Source of the DNA: Diplonema japonicum
Lineage: Eukaryota; Protista; Euglenozoa: Diplonemea
Direction: 5' to 3'
NCBI GenBank assembly: GCA_964019335.1
Contig: OZ025684.1
Coordinates: 525,038-589,037, forward strand
DNA: 64,000 bases
Position numbers and translations under genes: made by a program. Below are positions 1 to 10,640 of this stretch, in pieces; within the stretch, counting starts at the first letter, position 1; each line of letters begins with the position of its first letter. The notes beneath the pieces were generated by a model, which was not told the DNA's origin, made no database searches, and worked only from the letters and a program-made list of their open reading frames with translations.

Positions 1-566
1 TCCTGAAATGAGGGTTCATTCATCATGTGAGGACTTATAGTTCAGTCGTGCTGAGAGAGAAGGAGGAAAACAGAAAGGGAAGAACCCCTCGCTTCATAAA
101 GTTGCCTTATCTATATGATCGGTAAGGTGAGACTCTGCAGGAAGGAATAGGGTGTACTTTCTCCTTTCAAGGGGGGAAATGCGGAGAGAGCATACATCAC
201 CCCTCAAGGCTATGATGGTGGAGAAACCGATTTTTTTTGGGGGGAAATAAAACGAAATGATCCCACATTTCTCGCTTTCATAGCCGGGAGGAGTGGGGGG
301 GGGGGGGGGGAGCAAAAAGTTTTGAGTGAACGGATCGATCATTCCCCCTTTTCTTTTCCGTTCGATCTTTAATAAAAATACCCCGCTCTTGCCAGGGCCT
401 AAATTCAAAAATTATTGTCCGAAACCAAGTTCTGGTTTTTGTCTGGATGCGCTCTATGCGGGGGTGGGGAGGGGGGGTTGTTTTAATGGTTCAAAAAGGT
501 TTCCTTTCTTCTTTTTTTTTTTTTTCTTCTCTTTTTTTTATAAACAATTAACTGACTTGTTGTGTG

Positions 567-608
<42 letters not shown>

Positions 609-1084
609 ACACACACACACCCCTTAGAAAGGGCGGGTGGGGATCAATATTAGAAAATTGGTGTGCGGGGTGCTCAGCTCGTAACAGCATGGTTGTTCAC
701 ATATATAGGATGTGGCCCAAGTTACTGCATCCCTCACCTGCTGTGCATCTTATGGCATGTGAGGGACGATGACGGGTGGTCCTTCAGCTTTATTATCGCT
801 GGGCTTTCAGCACCTCTTCTTGCCAGGGGGGCTAAGGGAAACGCCAAGCCAGTATATGTATTTAAAAAAAAAAAAAAGGGAGACGAAAAGAAGCAGGAAA
901 ACTCTGAACACCGTGGGTCGACTTTTCTTCCTTTTCCGTTCCCCTTCAGTATTTTCAAACAAAAAGAGAGCACAAAAAATAAAACTTTAAAACGTTTGCA
1001 ATTCCATCCCACAGGGGGCCCTCTCGTCACCCTTACTTTATTCATAATATTCATCGTTCGAAGCCCATCCCTACCAACCTGTAC

Positions 1085-2713
1085 CTAGTAAGGGTTGGTC
1101 CTGCAGCATTGAGGGAGTTTCGTGGGGTCGCTACCCTGCTTGCAAGAAGCATGACAGCAAGGTTGCGACATGAGGTCGGTGCCGTGGATTTGAGACGGGC
1201 CGAAGAGGCCAGGGGAGGCAAGGAAATCTACCTTGAGCTGTGTGATGTGGTCGACAATGTACTTGTACATGGGCTGCGTGATGTCGAGGGGGACGTGCTC
1301 GCCGTCGTCGTGGTGCAGGTTGAAGAGCAGAGGTGTGGCAAGGATGCCTGAGGAGTAGTTCCCTCTGCACGTGGGGACGAAGTAGTCGTCAGGGCAGTGC
1401 GAGCCAGTGGTGCGGTAGTGGACCTTCCACTCCCTCCACCTGATGGCGTTGAGGTTCTCAGGTCCCTGTATGTTCTTGTCAAGGTAGAAGAAGTAGTCAC
1501 GGACAGCAGCCCCCTCTGCTGCCTTACCGTCGGCTGAGAACAAGAAAGACGACATGTCAACAGAGTCGTACACCCTGTCCGAAGGGGGGGCCACTCCTAC
1601 GATCTGCAGCATGGTGGCGAAGAGGTCCATTGTCGAGGCGACCTCGCGTGTTAAAACTCCAGCAGCAACGTGTCCTGGCCACTTGATGATCCCGGGCACC
1701 CTCTGCCCGCCCTCCCACGTGGTACCCTTCCCGCATCGAAGGAGCCCCGCGTTGCCACCACGTTGAAGGCGTAACAGCGACGGCCCGTTGTCGGATGAGA
1801 AGAACACCAGCGTGTTGTCCTCGACGCCGCTCTCCTTCACAGCATCCAGCACGCTGCCGAGCGACCAGTCCAGCGCTTTGATCGAGTCGCCGAACATGCC
1901 CCTCTGCGTGGTGTTCCAGAACATCCTCCCCGCGTAGTCGGGGTGGTGCGTGTGCTGGAACGCGTAGTACAGCAAGAACGGCTTCCCGCTCTTCGCAGCG
2001 CTCCTCACGAACCCCACCGCGGCATCGTTGTACCAGTCGTCGAGCGTCGTGAGGTTTGCAGGCTGCTGCATGATCTGCATGCTGTCTGCCGTCCCGTTGA
2101 ACAAGGGGATCTGCACAGAGTCCTGCCCCGTGAGGCGGTACATCTTCATGTCCTCGTCGTAGATGGGTGTCGTGGTGTGCATGGGCTCCGGGTTCGTCCC
2201 TGGGAAGCACGGCAGACCGGGGGTGCCTTCAGGGTTGTAGAAGCACAGGTTAGGGTCAGGCATGTCGTGCGAGTAGGGGATTCCAGTCCAGCTGTCGAAG
2301 CCGTGCTTCGTGGGGATGTACTCCCAGTTCATTCCGACCCCCAGGTGCCACTTTCCAACCATTGCCGTCTGGTAGCCTTGCGTCTTGAGGAGGGACGCAA
2401 AGGTGGTCTCGTTTGAAGGAAGGCCGTACTGCGAGTACTGCACAAAGACGCCAGGCCAAACGCCGCTCCTTGTCTGGTACCTTCCTGTAAGCAGGCCGGC
2501 TCTGCTCGGAGAGCACACAGGGGAAGAGGTGTACATGTTGGCAAACTTCATCCCTTCAGACGCAAGCTTGTCAACATTGGGGGTGTCGCTCATGGGGTGC
2601 CCGTAGCACCCGAGGTCGCCGTAGCCGAGATCGTCAGCATAGAAAACGACGAAGTTGGGCTTCGCAGCAGATGCAGCAGCTGCGCAAAGCAGCACCATGG
2701 ATGCGGAACGCAT
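1085..2713 (-). CDS. Arylsulfatase A-like secreted/lysosomal sulfatase
   Basis: Signal peptide MRSASMVLLCAAAASA; PNFVVFYADDLGYGDLG; formylglycine motif CSPSR; GKWHLG; SSDNGP; GKGTTWEGG. Start moved to 2713 because the upstream extension is poly-A-derived. Confidence 0.93.
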   Translation of the reverse strand: MRSASMVLLCAAAASAAKPNFVVFYADDLGYGDLGCYGHPMSDTPNVDKLASEGMKFANMYTSSPVCSPSRAGLLTGRYQTRSGVWPGVFVQYSQYGLPSNETTFASLLKTQGYQTAMVGKWHLGVGMNWEYIPTKHGFDSWTGIPYSHDMPDPNLCFYNPEGTPGLPCFPGTNPEPMHTTTPIYDEDMKMYRLTGQDSVQIPLFNGTADSMQIMQQPANLTTLDDWYNDAAVGFVRSAAKSGKPFLLYYAFQHTHHPDYAGRMFWNTTQRGMFGDSIKALDWSLGSVLDAVKESGVEDNTLVFFSSDNGPSLLRLQRGGNAGLLRCGKGTTWEGGQRVPGIIKWPGHVAAGVLTREVASTMDLFATMLQIVGVAPPSDRVYDSVDMSSFLFSADGKAAEGAAVRDYFFYLDKNIQGPENLNAIRWREWKVHYRTTGSHCPDDYFVPTCRGNYSSGILATPLLFNLHHDDGEHVPLDITQPMYKYIVDHITQLKVDFLASPGLFGPSQIHGTDLMSQPCCHASCKQGSDPTKLPQCCRTNPY

Positions 2714-3085
2714 TGCTTTCTTTTTCTTTTTTTTTTTTTTTCTTTTTCCTAAATCCTTTGAGTGAAATTTAAAAGGGAACAAAACAAAACAAAAAAAAAA
2801 AAGAACAATAACATTTGCTGCTTCATAAACCACCTTGGCGTACGGGCACAAAAGAAGATGAGAAAGAAAGGGTATTTTCTTTTTCGAAAATAAAGAAGGA
2901 AGAGGGAATCAATGAATCGATGAAGAAAAATAGGAAGAAACCATCTTTTGATGGCAGTTATCGAGAGAAAGAAGACACGTACCTTTTTCGAATATAATAC
3001 CAAATATTAGTAGATTCAAATAAACCGCCTGGCGTATGAGCAACTCTCCAACAAAATAAGTCTTAAAATGAAAAAGAAGAAGAAT

Positions 3086-3193
3086 TTTTATGACTTTATG
3101 TTTTTGTTATTCGCGCGAGCAAAAAAGGTCTTAAAAGCTGCGATTTTTTTTTTTTTTTTTTTCACTCGGCACAAGTCGCATATAGTCATAAAA
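3086..3193. repeat. ~110-bp dispersed element with 15-bp terminal inverted repeats (MITE-like), copy 1
   Basis: ttttatgactttatg ... catatagtcataaaa (14/15 inverted match); the reverse complement recurs at 22001-22091. Confidence 0.6.
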
Positions 3194-3399
3194 TCATTCT
3201 TTGAAATATAGTGGTCGGAGGTGTTTTCTTTTTTCGAGACTCCGAGACTTCTTGCAAAACTAATGACGTCGGCCGGACTTTAACTTTCTCTAGGATGTAT
3301 AAAAGAGGGGGGAGGGGAGGAGGGTAGTTAGTTAAAAATGAAAACACAGTGTTTGAGAATACTCTAAACCATTGTGTTGGGCTTGTTTCGCTGTGCCTT

Positions 3400-4461
3400 T
3401 CAGTTGGTCACTGGCTCATGCACGTCTTTCTCCGCCTTACCACCGCCACCACCGCTAGCACCGCCGACGGCAAGAGCAACACACGCCAGAAGAACAGCCA
3501 CACAGCCGATCACAAGGGCGGCGATCGCAATATTCCTGTCCTCATCGTCGTCGTCGTTGTTCGACGCAGAATCCTCGAAGGAGCGAACGTTCCTGGTGTT
3601 CAGGAGCTGCATGGGCCTGTTGTTCCCGAAGTACTGGAAGGTGCTGGGCTTCCACCCAAGGTTGTCCGCCACAACCAGCTCCTGTGTGAACATCATGGCG
3701 TTCCTGAAAGCCGTCAGCTGGGCAGTGCTCACCACACCCACCTCCTGCCTCACGTACCACTTCACACCCTCAGTGCAGGGAGGGGTTGTGAGGGACCCGT
3801 CGTAGGTGTAGAAGCGCCTCGAGGCAAGAAGCCCAGCGAAGTCGAAGCTGGTGGTGGTGGGCTCCGTCTGCTTGTTCACCGTGTACTCGGCGGAGGCGTT
3901 GGCGTAGTTGTCGAAGCCAGACATCGGGACAGTGGGGAGGCGGTCGAAGAAGCCGAAGTGTTCGTTGGGGGCGGACCCTGCGGTGAACAAAGTCCCCACC
4001 ACGAGGAGCTGGAACTTCTCGTTGGTGTCGGTGGTGTCCGCCAGTACGTGAACCATGTGCAGCTCGAGGTCATACAGCCCACCGCCGATCCCGTGCTCGC
4101 TGGGCGAGTGGAAGTGCATCTGCGCAAGGTTGTACCTCTTGTTCCCATTGTTGGGATCCAGGAGGTAGTTCCCATCGTTGTTCGTGGGGACCACCTCCAC
4201 GTTGTGCTGGTTGTTGATGAGGTCGAACCCCAGGGCCGCCGTGTAGTGCATCTCGAGGGGCTTCAGCCCAGAGTCAGCGGTCACCCCCTGGATGTTGATC
4301 GGCGATTGTTCGGTCCCTGTCTTGCACACAGGGTTCGATGTTGCGGTGTCCCAGTTCGAGGGACCCCTTGTGTCAACCTCACCGTACAGCCAGGGCTGCG
4401 TGTGGGTGGCTGCATGCACGGCAGCAAAGCTACTGAGAACAAGAGCGGCTCTGAAAGACAT
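3400..4461 (-). CDS. Alpha-carbonic anhydrase, signal peptide plus C-terminal TM, copy 1
   Basis: QSPINI; QMHFHSPSEH; ELHMVH (Zn ligands); GSLTTPPCTEGVKW; NNRP; hydrophobic C-terminal anchor. Confidence 0.93.
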   Translation of the reverse strand: MSFRAALVLSSFAAVHAATHTQPWLYGEVDTRGPSNWDTATSNPVCKTGTEQSPINIQGVTADSGLKPLEMHYTAALGFDLINNQHNVEVVPTNNDGNYLLDPNNGNKRYNLAQMHFHSPSEHGIGGGLYDLELHMVHVLADTTDTNEKFQLLVVGTLFTAGSAPNEHFGFFDRLPTVPMSGFDNYANASAEYTVNKQTEPTTTSFDFAGLLASRRFYTYDGSLTTPPCTEGVKWYVRQEVGVVSTAQLTAFRNAMMFTQELVVADNLGWKPSTFQYFGNNRPMQLLNTRNVRSFEDSASNNDDDDEDRNIAIAALVIGCVAVLLACVALAVGGASGGGGGKAEKDVHEPVTN

Positions 4462-4693
4462 GTTTGTTCTTAAGCTTTTGTTAATAATTGGCTGTGATGT
4501 GTGAAACAAACTTCATTGGTAGAGTGGAGGGAAAACAAGAAAGAAAAGCGGAGGGTATTTTGTGGCAAAGTAAGGTGTACATAGCGAAAGATGGGGCCAA
4601 CTATCAGCGGATAGGAAGCTGGGTGTACGAGAATAGGGGGCATAATGCTCAACATGCTTTGGTGGGCAACCTTGAGAAAGGTACCCGTTAGTA

Positions 4694-5863
4694 TCAGTTA
4701 TCTTCTGAAGTAGGCTCGGCAGCACCGCCCGTCTTGCCGTCCGGTTTACTGTCGACTGACCTGGCAACTGCGGCAGGAGGTCTGTGGTCTGCCTGTCCAA
4801 ATTCCAAGTCCGGCTTACTGGCATCACAACCACTGTTATGTGAACTACGGCAGAGCGCTGCGCTCGCAATGCATAGGGCCATCCCGCTCAGAGCAATGGC
4901 AACTATGATGCGTGTCTCTTCTTTGTCATCGTCGTCCTCATGCTCATGGTCGCGATCCTCCCCAGCATGCGAGTCCTCGAAGGAGCGAACGTTCCTACTA
5001 TTCAGAGGCTGTAAAGGCCTGTTGTCCCCGAAGTACTGGAAGGTGCTGGGCTTCCACCCAAGGTTGTCCGCCACAACCAGCTCCTGTGTGAACATCATGG
5101 CGTTCCTGAAAGCCGTCAGCTGGGCAGTGCTCACCACACCCACCTCCTGCCTCACGTACCACTTCACACCCTCAGTGCAGGGAGGGGTTGTGAAGGACCC
5201 GTCGTAGGTGTAGAAGCGCCTCGAGGCAAGAAGCCCAGCGAAGTCAAAGTTAGTTGTTTCCGTGCTCATGCGGTAGGCGTATTCAGCGGAGGCGTTGGCG
5301 TAGTTGTCGAAGCCAGACATCGGGACAGTGGGGAGGCGGTCGAAGAAGCCGAAGTTCTCGTTGGGGGCGGACCCTGCGGTGAACAAAGTCCCCACCACGA
5401 GGTACTGGAACTTCTCGTTGGTGTCGGTGGTGTCCGCCAGTACGTGAACCATGTGCAGCTCGAGGTCATACAGCCCACCGCCGATCCCGTGCTCGCTGGG
5501 CGAGTGGAAGTGCATCTGCGCAAGGTTGTACCTCTTGTTCCCATTGTTGGGATCCAGGAGGTAGTTCCCATCGTTGTTCGTGGGAACCACCTTCACGGAA
5601 TGCTGGTTGTTGATGAGGTCGAACCCCAGGGCCGCCGTGTAGTGCATCTCGAGGGGTTTCAGCCCAGAGTCAGCGGTCACCCCCTGGATGTTGATCGGCG
5701 ACTGTTCAGTCCCTGTCTTGCACACAGGGTTCGATGTTGCGGTGTCCCAGTTCGAGGGACCCCTGCTGTTCACTTCACCGTACAGCCAGGGCTGCGTATG
5801 AACGGAAGCACCGGCTGCGTGCACGGCAAAGCTACCGAGAACAAGGGCTGCTCTGAAAGACAT
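4694..5863 (-). CDS. Alpha-carbonic anhydrase, copy 2
   Basis: Same motifs (GSFTTPPC); distinct C-terminal tail. Confidence 0.93.
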   Translation of the reverse strand: MSFRAALVLGSFAVHAAGASVHTQPWLYGEVNSRGPSNWDTATSNPVCKTGTEQSPINIQGVTADSGLKPLEMHYTAALGFDLINNQHSVKVVPTNNDGNYLLDPNNGNKRYNLAQMHFHSPSEHGIGGGLYDLELHMVHVLADTTDTNEKFQYLVVGTLFTAGSAPNENFGFFDRLPTVPMSGFDNYANASAEYAYRMSTETTNFDFAGLLASRRFYTYDGSFTTPPCTEGVKWYVRQEVGVVSTAQLTAFRNAMMFTQELVVADNLGWKPSTFQYFGDNRPLQPLNSRNVRSFEDSHAGEDRDHEHEDDDDKEETRIIVAIALSGMALCIASAALCRSSHNSGCDASKPDLEFGQADHRPPAAVARSVDSKPDGKTGGAAEPTSEDN

Positions 5864-6624
5864 GTTTGCGAAAGAATTTTCTGTGGTGGGTGTACAAGGG
5901 TAGGCACAAGCTGTTCATAATGCAACATGCGATACAACTGCTACCCTGGAGCATCCCTGATGCAATCAGGGGAAGCGATTGTGCCGTACGGGAGAGAAAA
6001 TAAACAAGTAAACAAAGAGAAGCCGCAAAGGGATCTTGAACAAGAACTGCATCGCAACGATCACAGGATTCTATAAAAATAGGCAGCCAGACAACGCGAG
6101 ATATCCCCATCTGACATAGGGAACACCGCACGCAAAAACAAAAGCGGAGGGAAAAATCAACGCTCCAAATCTCTAAACCCGTCAAATAAAGTCCAGGGAA
6201 GGTACCCAATTTTCCAGAACTTCTTCTGTTGGCACTTCAGATCCTCTTTTTTTTTCCTGTTTGCGTTGTACTTCTAAGAAAAACCTGGTGGGGGAATCGA
6301 TATCAAGGATCTATTGTATATTGAGACATTCATGACGTTTTAGAGATATGCGGCATAACGAAAAGGCTATAAAACAGCCGAAACAAATAAAAAAGTAGGA
6401 AGCCAGTGTTGGTGGCGCCCTGCAAGCACTGTCTACTTGATTACAGGACAAGCAACCTCCCGAAAGTGTTCAAGAGCTTGCCAGTGAGCATCTACTACGT
6501 TCATGGCCTGCGGGTTTTTTTCTTACATCGCAGGCCTCCCACGTAGTAGCTTATTTGAGTTGAAATTTGTGCTATGGTATGATATCACCAATAAATAGCC
6601 AGCTTGGTTGGCTCATCAGTTGTC

Positions 6625-7692
6625 TTAGTTCTCAGCCACAGGTTCGTTCACGGCAGGCACCGTGCCCTTACCACCGCCACCACCGCTAGCACCGCCGACG
6701 GCAAGAGCAACACACGCCAGAAGAACAGCCACACAGCCGATCACAAGGGCGGCGATCGCAATATTCCTGTCCTCATCGTCGTCGTCGTTGTTCGACGCAG
6801 AATCCTCGAAGGAGCGAACGTTCCTGGTGTTCAGGAGCTGCATGGGCCTGTTGTTCCCGAAGTACTGGAAGGTGCTGGGCTTCCACCCAAGGTTGTCCGC
6901 CACAACCAGCTCCTGTGTGAACATCATGGCGTTCCTGAAAGCCGTCAGCTGGGCAGTGCTCACCACACCCACCTCCTGCCTCACGTACCACTTCACACCC
7001 TCAGTGCAGGGAGGGGTTGTGAGGGACCCGTCGTAGGTGTAGAAGCGCCTCGAGGCAAGAAGCCCAGCGAAGTCAAAGTTAGTTGTTTCCGTGCTCATGC
7101 GGTAGGCGTATTCAGCGGAGGCGTTGGCGTAGTTGTCGAAGCCAGACATCGGGACAGTGGGGAGGCGGTCGAAGAAGCCGAAGTTCTCGTTGGGGGCGGA
7201 CCCTGCGGTGAACAAAGTCCCCACCACGAGGTTCTGGAACTTCTCGTTGGTGTCGGTGGTGTCCGCCAACGAGTGAACCATGTGCAGCTCAAGGTCATAC
7301 AGCCCACCGCCGATCCCGTGCTCGCTGGGCGAGTGGAAGTGCATCTGCGCAAGGTTGTACCTCTTGTTCCCATTGTTGGGGTCCAGGAGGTAGTTCCCAT
7401 CGTTGTTCGTGGGAACCACTTCAACAGAATGCTGGTTGTTGATGAGGTTGAACCCCAGGGCCGCCGTGTAGTGCATCTCGAGGGGTTTCAGCCCAGAGTC
7501 GGCGGTCACCCCCTGGATGTTGATCGGCGATTGTTCGGTCCCTGTCTTGCACACAGGGTTCGATGTTGCGGTGTCCCAGTTCGAGGGACCCCTTGTGTCA
7601 ACCTCACCGTACAGCCAGGGCTGCGTGTGGGTTTCGTCGGCTGCGTGCACGGCAGCAAAGCTACCGAGAACAAGAGCGGCTCTGAAAGACAT
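6625..7692 (-). CDS. Alpha-carbonic anhydrase, copy 3
   Basis: Same motifs; start taken at the MSFRAAL shared with the paralogs. Confidence 0.93.
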   Translation of the reverse strand: MSFRAALVLGSFAAVHAADETHTQPWLYGEVDTRGPSNWDTATSNPVCKTGTEQSPINIQGVTADSGLKPLEMHYTAALGFNLINNQHSVEVVPTNNDGNYLLDPNNGNKRYNLAQMHFHSPSEHGIGGGLYDLELHMVHSLADTTDTNEKFQNLVVGTLFTAGSAPNENFGFFDRLPTVPMSGFDNYANASAEYAYRMSTETTNFDFAGLLASRRFYTYDGSLTTPPCTEGVKWYVRQEVGVVSTAQLTAFRNAMMFTQELVVADNLGWKPSTFQYFGNNRPMQLLNTRNVRSFEDSASNNDDDDEDRNIAIAALVIGCVAVLLACVALAVGGASGGGGGKGTVPAVNEPVAEN

Positions 7693-7768
7693 GTTGTGAA
7701 ATAGAGTATTCCTGTGGTGGGTTGCTTTGAGTACTGAAAGTAAAGAAACACAATAAACAAAAAGCAAA

Positions 7769-8227
7769 CTATTCATCGTACTGCAAGTGGCGGGAGACGA
7801 GGTGCCAGCCATCGGTGGAGTGACTGTATTCATACTCATCATGAACATTGCCTGCACGGATCAGTGCACCAGGGAAGCCCGAGGAGGGAGTGGTGAAGAC
7901 AAAGAGCTGTGACTTGAGGACGACGCCCTCCTCATCGAGCACACCCTGGTCTGCCACTACTACGTTTGAGAAGTTGAAAAGTGGTCTGCTGCCCGTGTCG
8001 AGCATCTCAATGTCGCTCTTGACTTCATTAATCACACGCACCGCCCCCTTCACTTCCGCCGGTCGTTCATTCCCTTTCTGAGACACATACACCACTCTGT
8101 GCCCTAAGTGCTTCTTTAACCCCTCAAAGTTCCTCTCGTTCATCGCCAGCGCAATTGACGCATGGCACTGCTTCGCGCCCTCCGCACGGGCGAACATCGC
8201 TGCACGCTTTATCATGTGTGATGTCAT
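7769..8227 (-). CDS. Small protein, possible NTF2/SnoaL-like fold
   Basis: 152-aa ORF on the cluster strand; C-terminal GNVHDEYEYSHSTDGWHLVSR resembles SnoaL-type terminal strands. Confidence 0.5.
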   Translation of the reverse strand: MTSHMIKRAAMFARAEGAKQCHASIALAMNERNFEGLKKHLGHRVVYVSQKGNERPAEVKGAVRVINEVKSDIEMLDTGSRPLFNFSNVVVADQGVLDEEGVVLKSQLFVFTTPSSGFPGALIRAGNVHDEYEYSHSTDGWHLVSRHLQYDE

Positions 8228-8416
8228 GTTGTTCTTGAAAAAGGTGTTGTAAGCAAGAAGCACGCGAAGTAGCGACCGAGATGGCAAGCATCGAAGATTC
8301 AAAAAGTGTGGGCATAAAGATGCAAACGAGGCCGCAATCACAATGCTCGGAAAGCTTGAAATAGAAATAGGAAGACCAGCAGAAAAACTCATGTGATATG
8401 CAATCACTCTAAACAC

Positions 8417-9511
8417 TCAGTGTTGATTGCACTTGGCATGTAACTTGACAGGGGGCTCACCGGGAGCTGTCTGGCAAGGGACGTGGGCTTCGGGGATAGC
8501 GTTCCAAGCGGCGAGGTGAGTAGTGACGTAGCTGCAGCGTGTGAGAGGCATAGGCTGCATGCCGCGGCAGATGTAGGCGAGGAGGATGTCTGCGAACATG
8601 TACCGCACGTTGCTGTCATAGTGGATCCCATCACGCGAGTCGTGCGGTGTTGTCCTCGGCACATGCACCATGTCCAGCACAGGCACATTGTGGCACGCAG
8701 CCGCCAGTGACAATGCTTCTCTGAACACAGGTACCTTCTTGTGGTGGTTGCACAGAAAGCATGGTGACGTCTTCGCACACTTCGGAGTGGCGTCTGTGTT
8801 CAGCCAGTGAGGCGGCACTACTACAAACTTCGCACCCGGCTTCATCCATCCTTTCACTTTCCCAATCCAGTCGCCCACCTTTTTGTAGAAGGCCTCCACC
8901 CCGCAGTGGTAGATCCCCATATCCCACATCCCGCTGTTCAACACCACATAATCAGCGCTGGCGACGGACGCCCGTGTGAGGGGGTGGTCGCGGAACATGG
9001 CCTGCTTATGGGGCGGCTCTTCATTCAAGGCGGGCGCCCAGAAGAATTCAAACCCTTGATAGTATCGTGGGCTGTGGTGTGCGTCGAACTCCTTTGCCTT
9101 CATAGTCAGGTTCTTCGGCACGCCATGGAGGAGCCCCAGCGTGTTCACGGATAACTCGCGCATGAGTGAGTCCCCGAGGATCGTCACCTTGACGTGCTTC
9201 AAGCATTGCTCTACCTCGCGACTGCTGAAGGCGTGTAAGTTGCACTTCTCAGGTAACCACCTGAACCTTGATGCGTTGCTCCTGCCTACCCGCCCTGGGA
9301 AGATTTCGTTGTTCTTGCTGCAGTCCATGTCATGTGGCACCTCCGTCCCGGACCCCACATCCAAGCTCTCTACCAAAGGCGCCTCAAGATCTTGCAAAAA
9401 ATGTCCTTTTGCATGCCGTTCCTCCCCCCCGCTCTCGCTGCCGACTCCCCAAATCAACAACAAAAATACTGTCCCTAGCGCTACAACGCACCTTTGCCCT
9501 CGGGTAAGCAT
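8417..9511 (-). CDS. SGNH/PC-esterase family type II membrane protein (O-acyltransferase/esterase)
   Basis: N-terminal TM; WLPEKC; ILGDSLMR; LNSGMWD; C-terminal DGIHY (DxxH). Confidence 0.82.
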   Translation of the reverse strand: MLTRGQRCVVALGTVFLLLIWGVGSESGGEERHAKGHFLQDLEAPLVESLDVGSGTEVPHDMDCSKNNEIFPGRVGRSNASRFRWLPEKCNLHAFSSREVEQCLKHVKVTILGDSLMRELSVNTLGLLHGVPKNLTMKAKEFDAHHSPRYYQGFEFFWAPALNEEPPHKQAMFRDHPLTRASVASADYVVLNSGMWDMGIYHCGVEAFYKKVGDWIGKVKGWMKPGAKFVVVPPHWLNTDATPKCAKTSPCFLCNHHKKVPVFREALSLAAACHNVPVLDMVHVPRTTPHDSRDGIHYDSNVRYMFADILLAYICRGMQPMPLTRCSYVTTHLAAWNAIPEAHVPCQTAPGEPPVKLHAKCNQH

Positions 9512-10640
9512 GTGTGCTGTAGACGAGCTTAGTAGGAATTAATATACTACAACACCAAGATGCGGTCTATGAAGGAGTGCAGTGCCAGATGCACAAGGGG
9601 CGAGAAAAGATAAGAGAAAGCTAGAAGGAACAAGAGATAGGAAAGTGCACACAAAACAAAAAAACAAGAAAAACTCGTACACCACACAAAGCAACACCCC
9701 CCCACCAAAGTGTCTTCGAAAGAGTCGAAGGAGAGAGCCCCAAGATGGAAGAAAAAAAAAAGGAAGAAGGAAAAGGTAAACTGTGAGGTTAGGGCGCTCG
9801 GCTTAACCCCACTATTATTAGCTACTACTGTATCATCACTTGGTCCACAAGAAGAGGGCACAGGTGCACAGTTCCTTCTCGCATTGACCGCTATTAGTAC
9901 AAAACTCGGTTTTATTGTTACAAAAAAAGGGGAGGGGGAAACAATAGCTATGAGCAACAGGCTGCTCGGGCTCGCTTTTTTTGGTGATCGGTAGACAATT
10001 GCGATAATTTCTTGATCCAGCAAGTATTTCTATAATACCAGCTTTCGTTAAGAGGGGCTTCCTGTCCACATAAAGGAAAAGCGGAGGAAGAAATGGGAGA
10101 AATACGTTGGCACAACAAATGCTAGGCTCAGACGTCTTTTTCACGATGAGCGTGGCACACACCGGCAGGGAGGAGGGGCGGGGGCTTCATTTTTTTTTTC
10201 CATTTTTTGTTTCTCTCTCAATTCGGGTACCCTAAAAAGAAAATCAATTGGGCTTCTGAATTGGGGCTTGGGCAGAGATAGATGACCAGAGTGGGCCATT
10301 GGTTTAGCAGTGCACTGTGATACGTGAATGCGCCCTTTTTGAGGCGACCCCATTAAAACGATGAAATTTCGTTGTAAACAATGGCTACCGCAAAACCAAA
10401 ACGAAAAAATATTTCACCCTAGGAGGGGGGAGGGGAGAAAAACAAAAGAAGTGAATGTGCTAGAGTGAATCTTTTTCCTGCAGAGTTTACATTTTTGTTC
10501 TAATTCGTTCTAGTTCCTTGTTTTCTTTTCTGGCAACATATGAATAAGACTTAGCGGGGGGGGGGGGGGGGTGCTTATTTCTTCCCTAACTTCTTCGTTC
10601 ACAATATCCTCACTCATTCATTCTTTTCCTCTCACCTGTC

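Noticed and set aside
3349-7704. Long plus-strand ORFs over the carbonic anhydrases
   Set aside because: Antisense shadows caused by codon bias.
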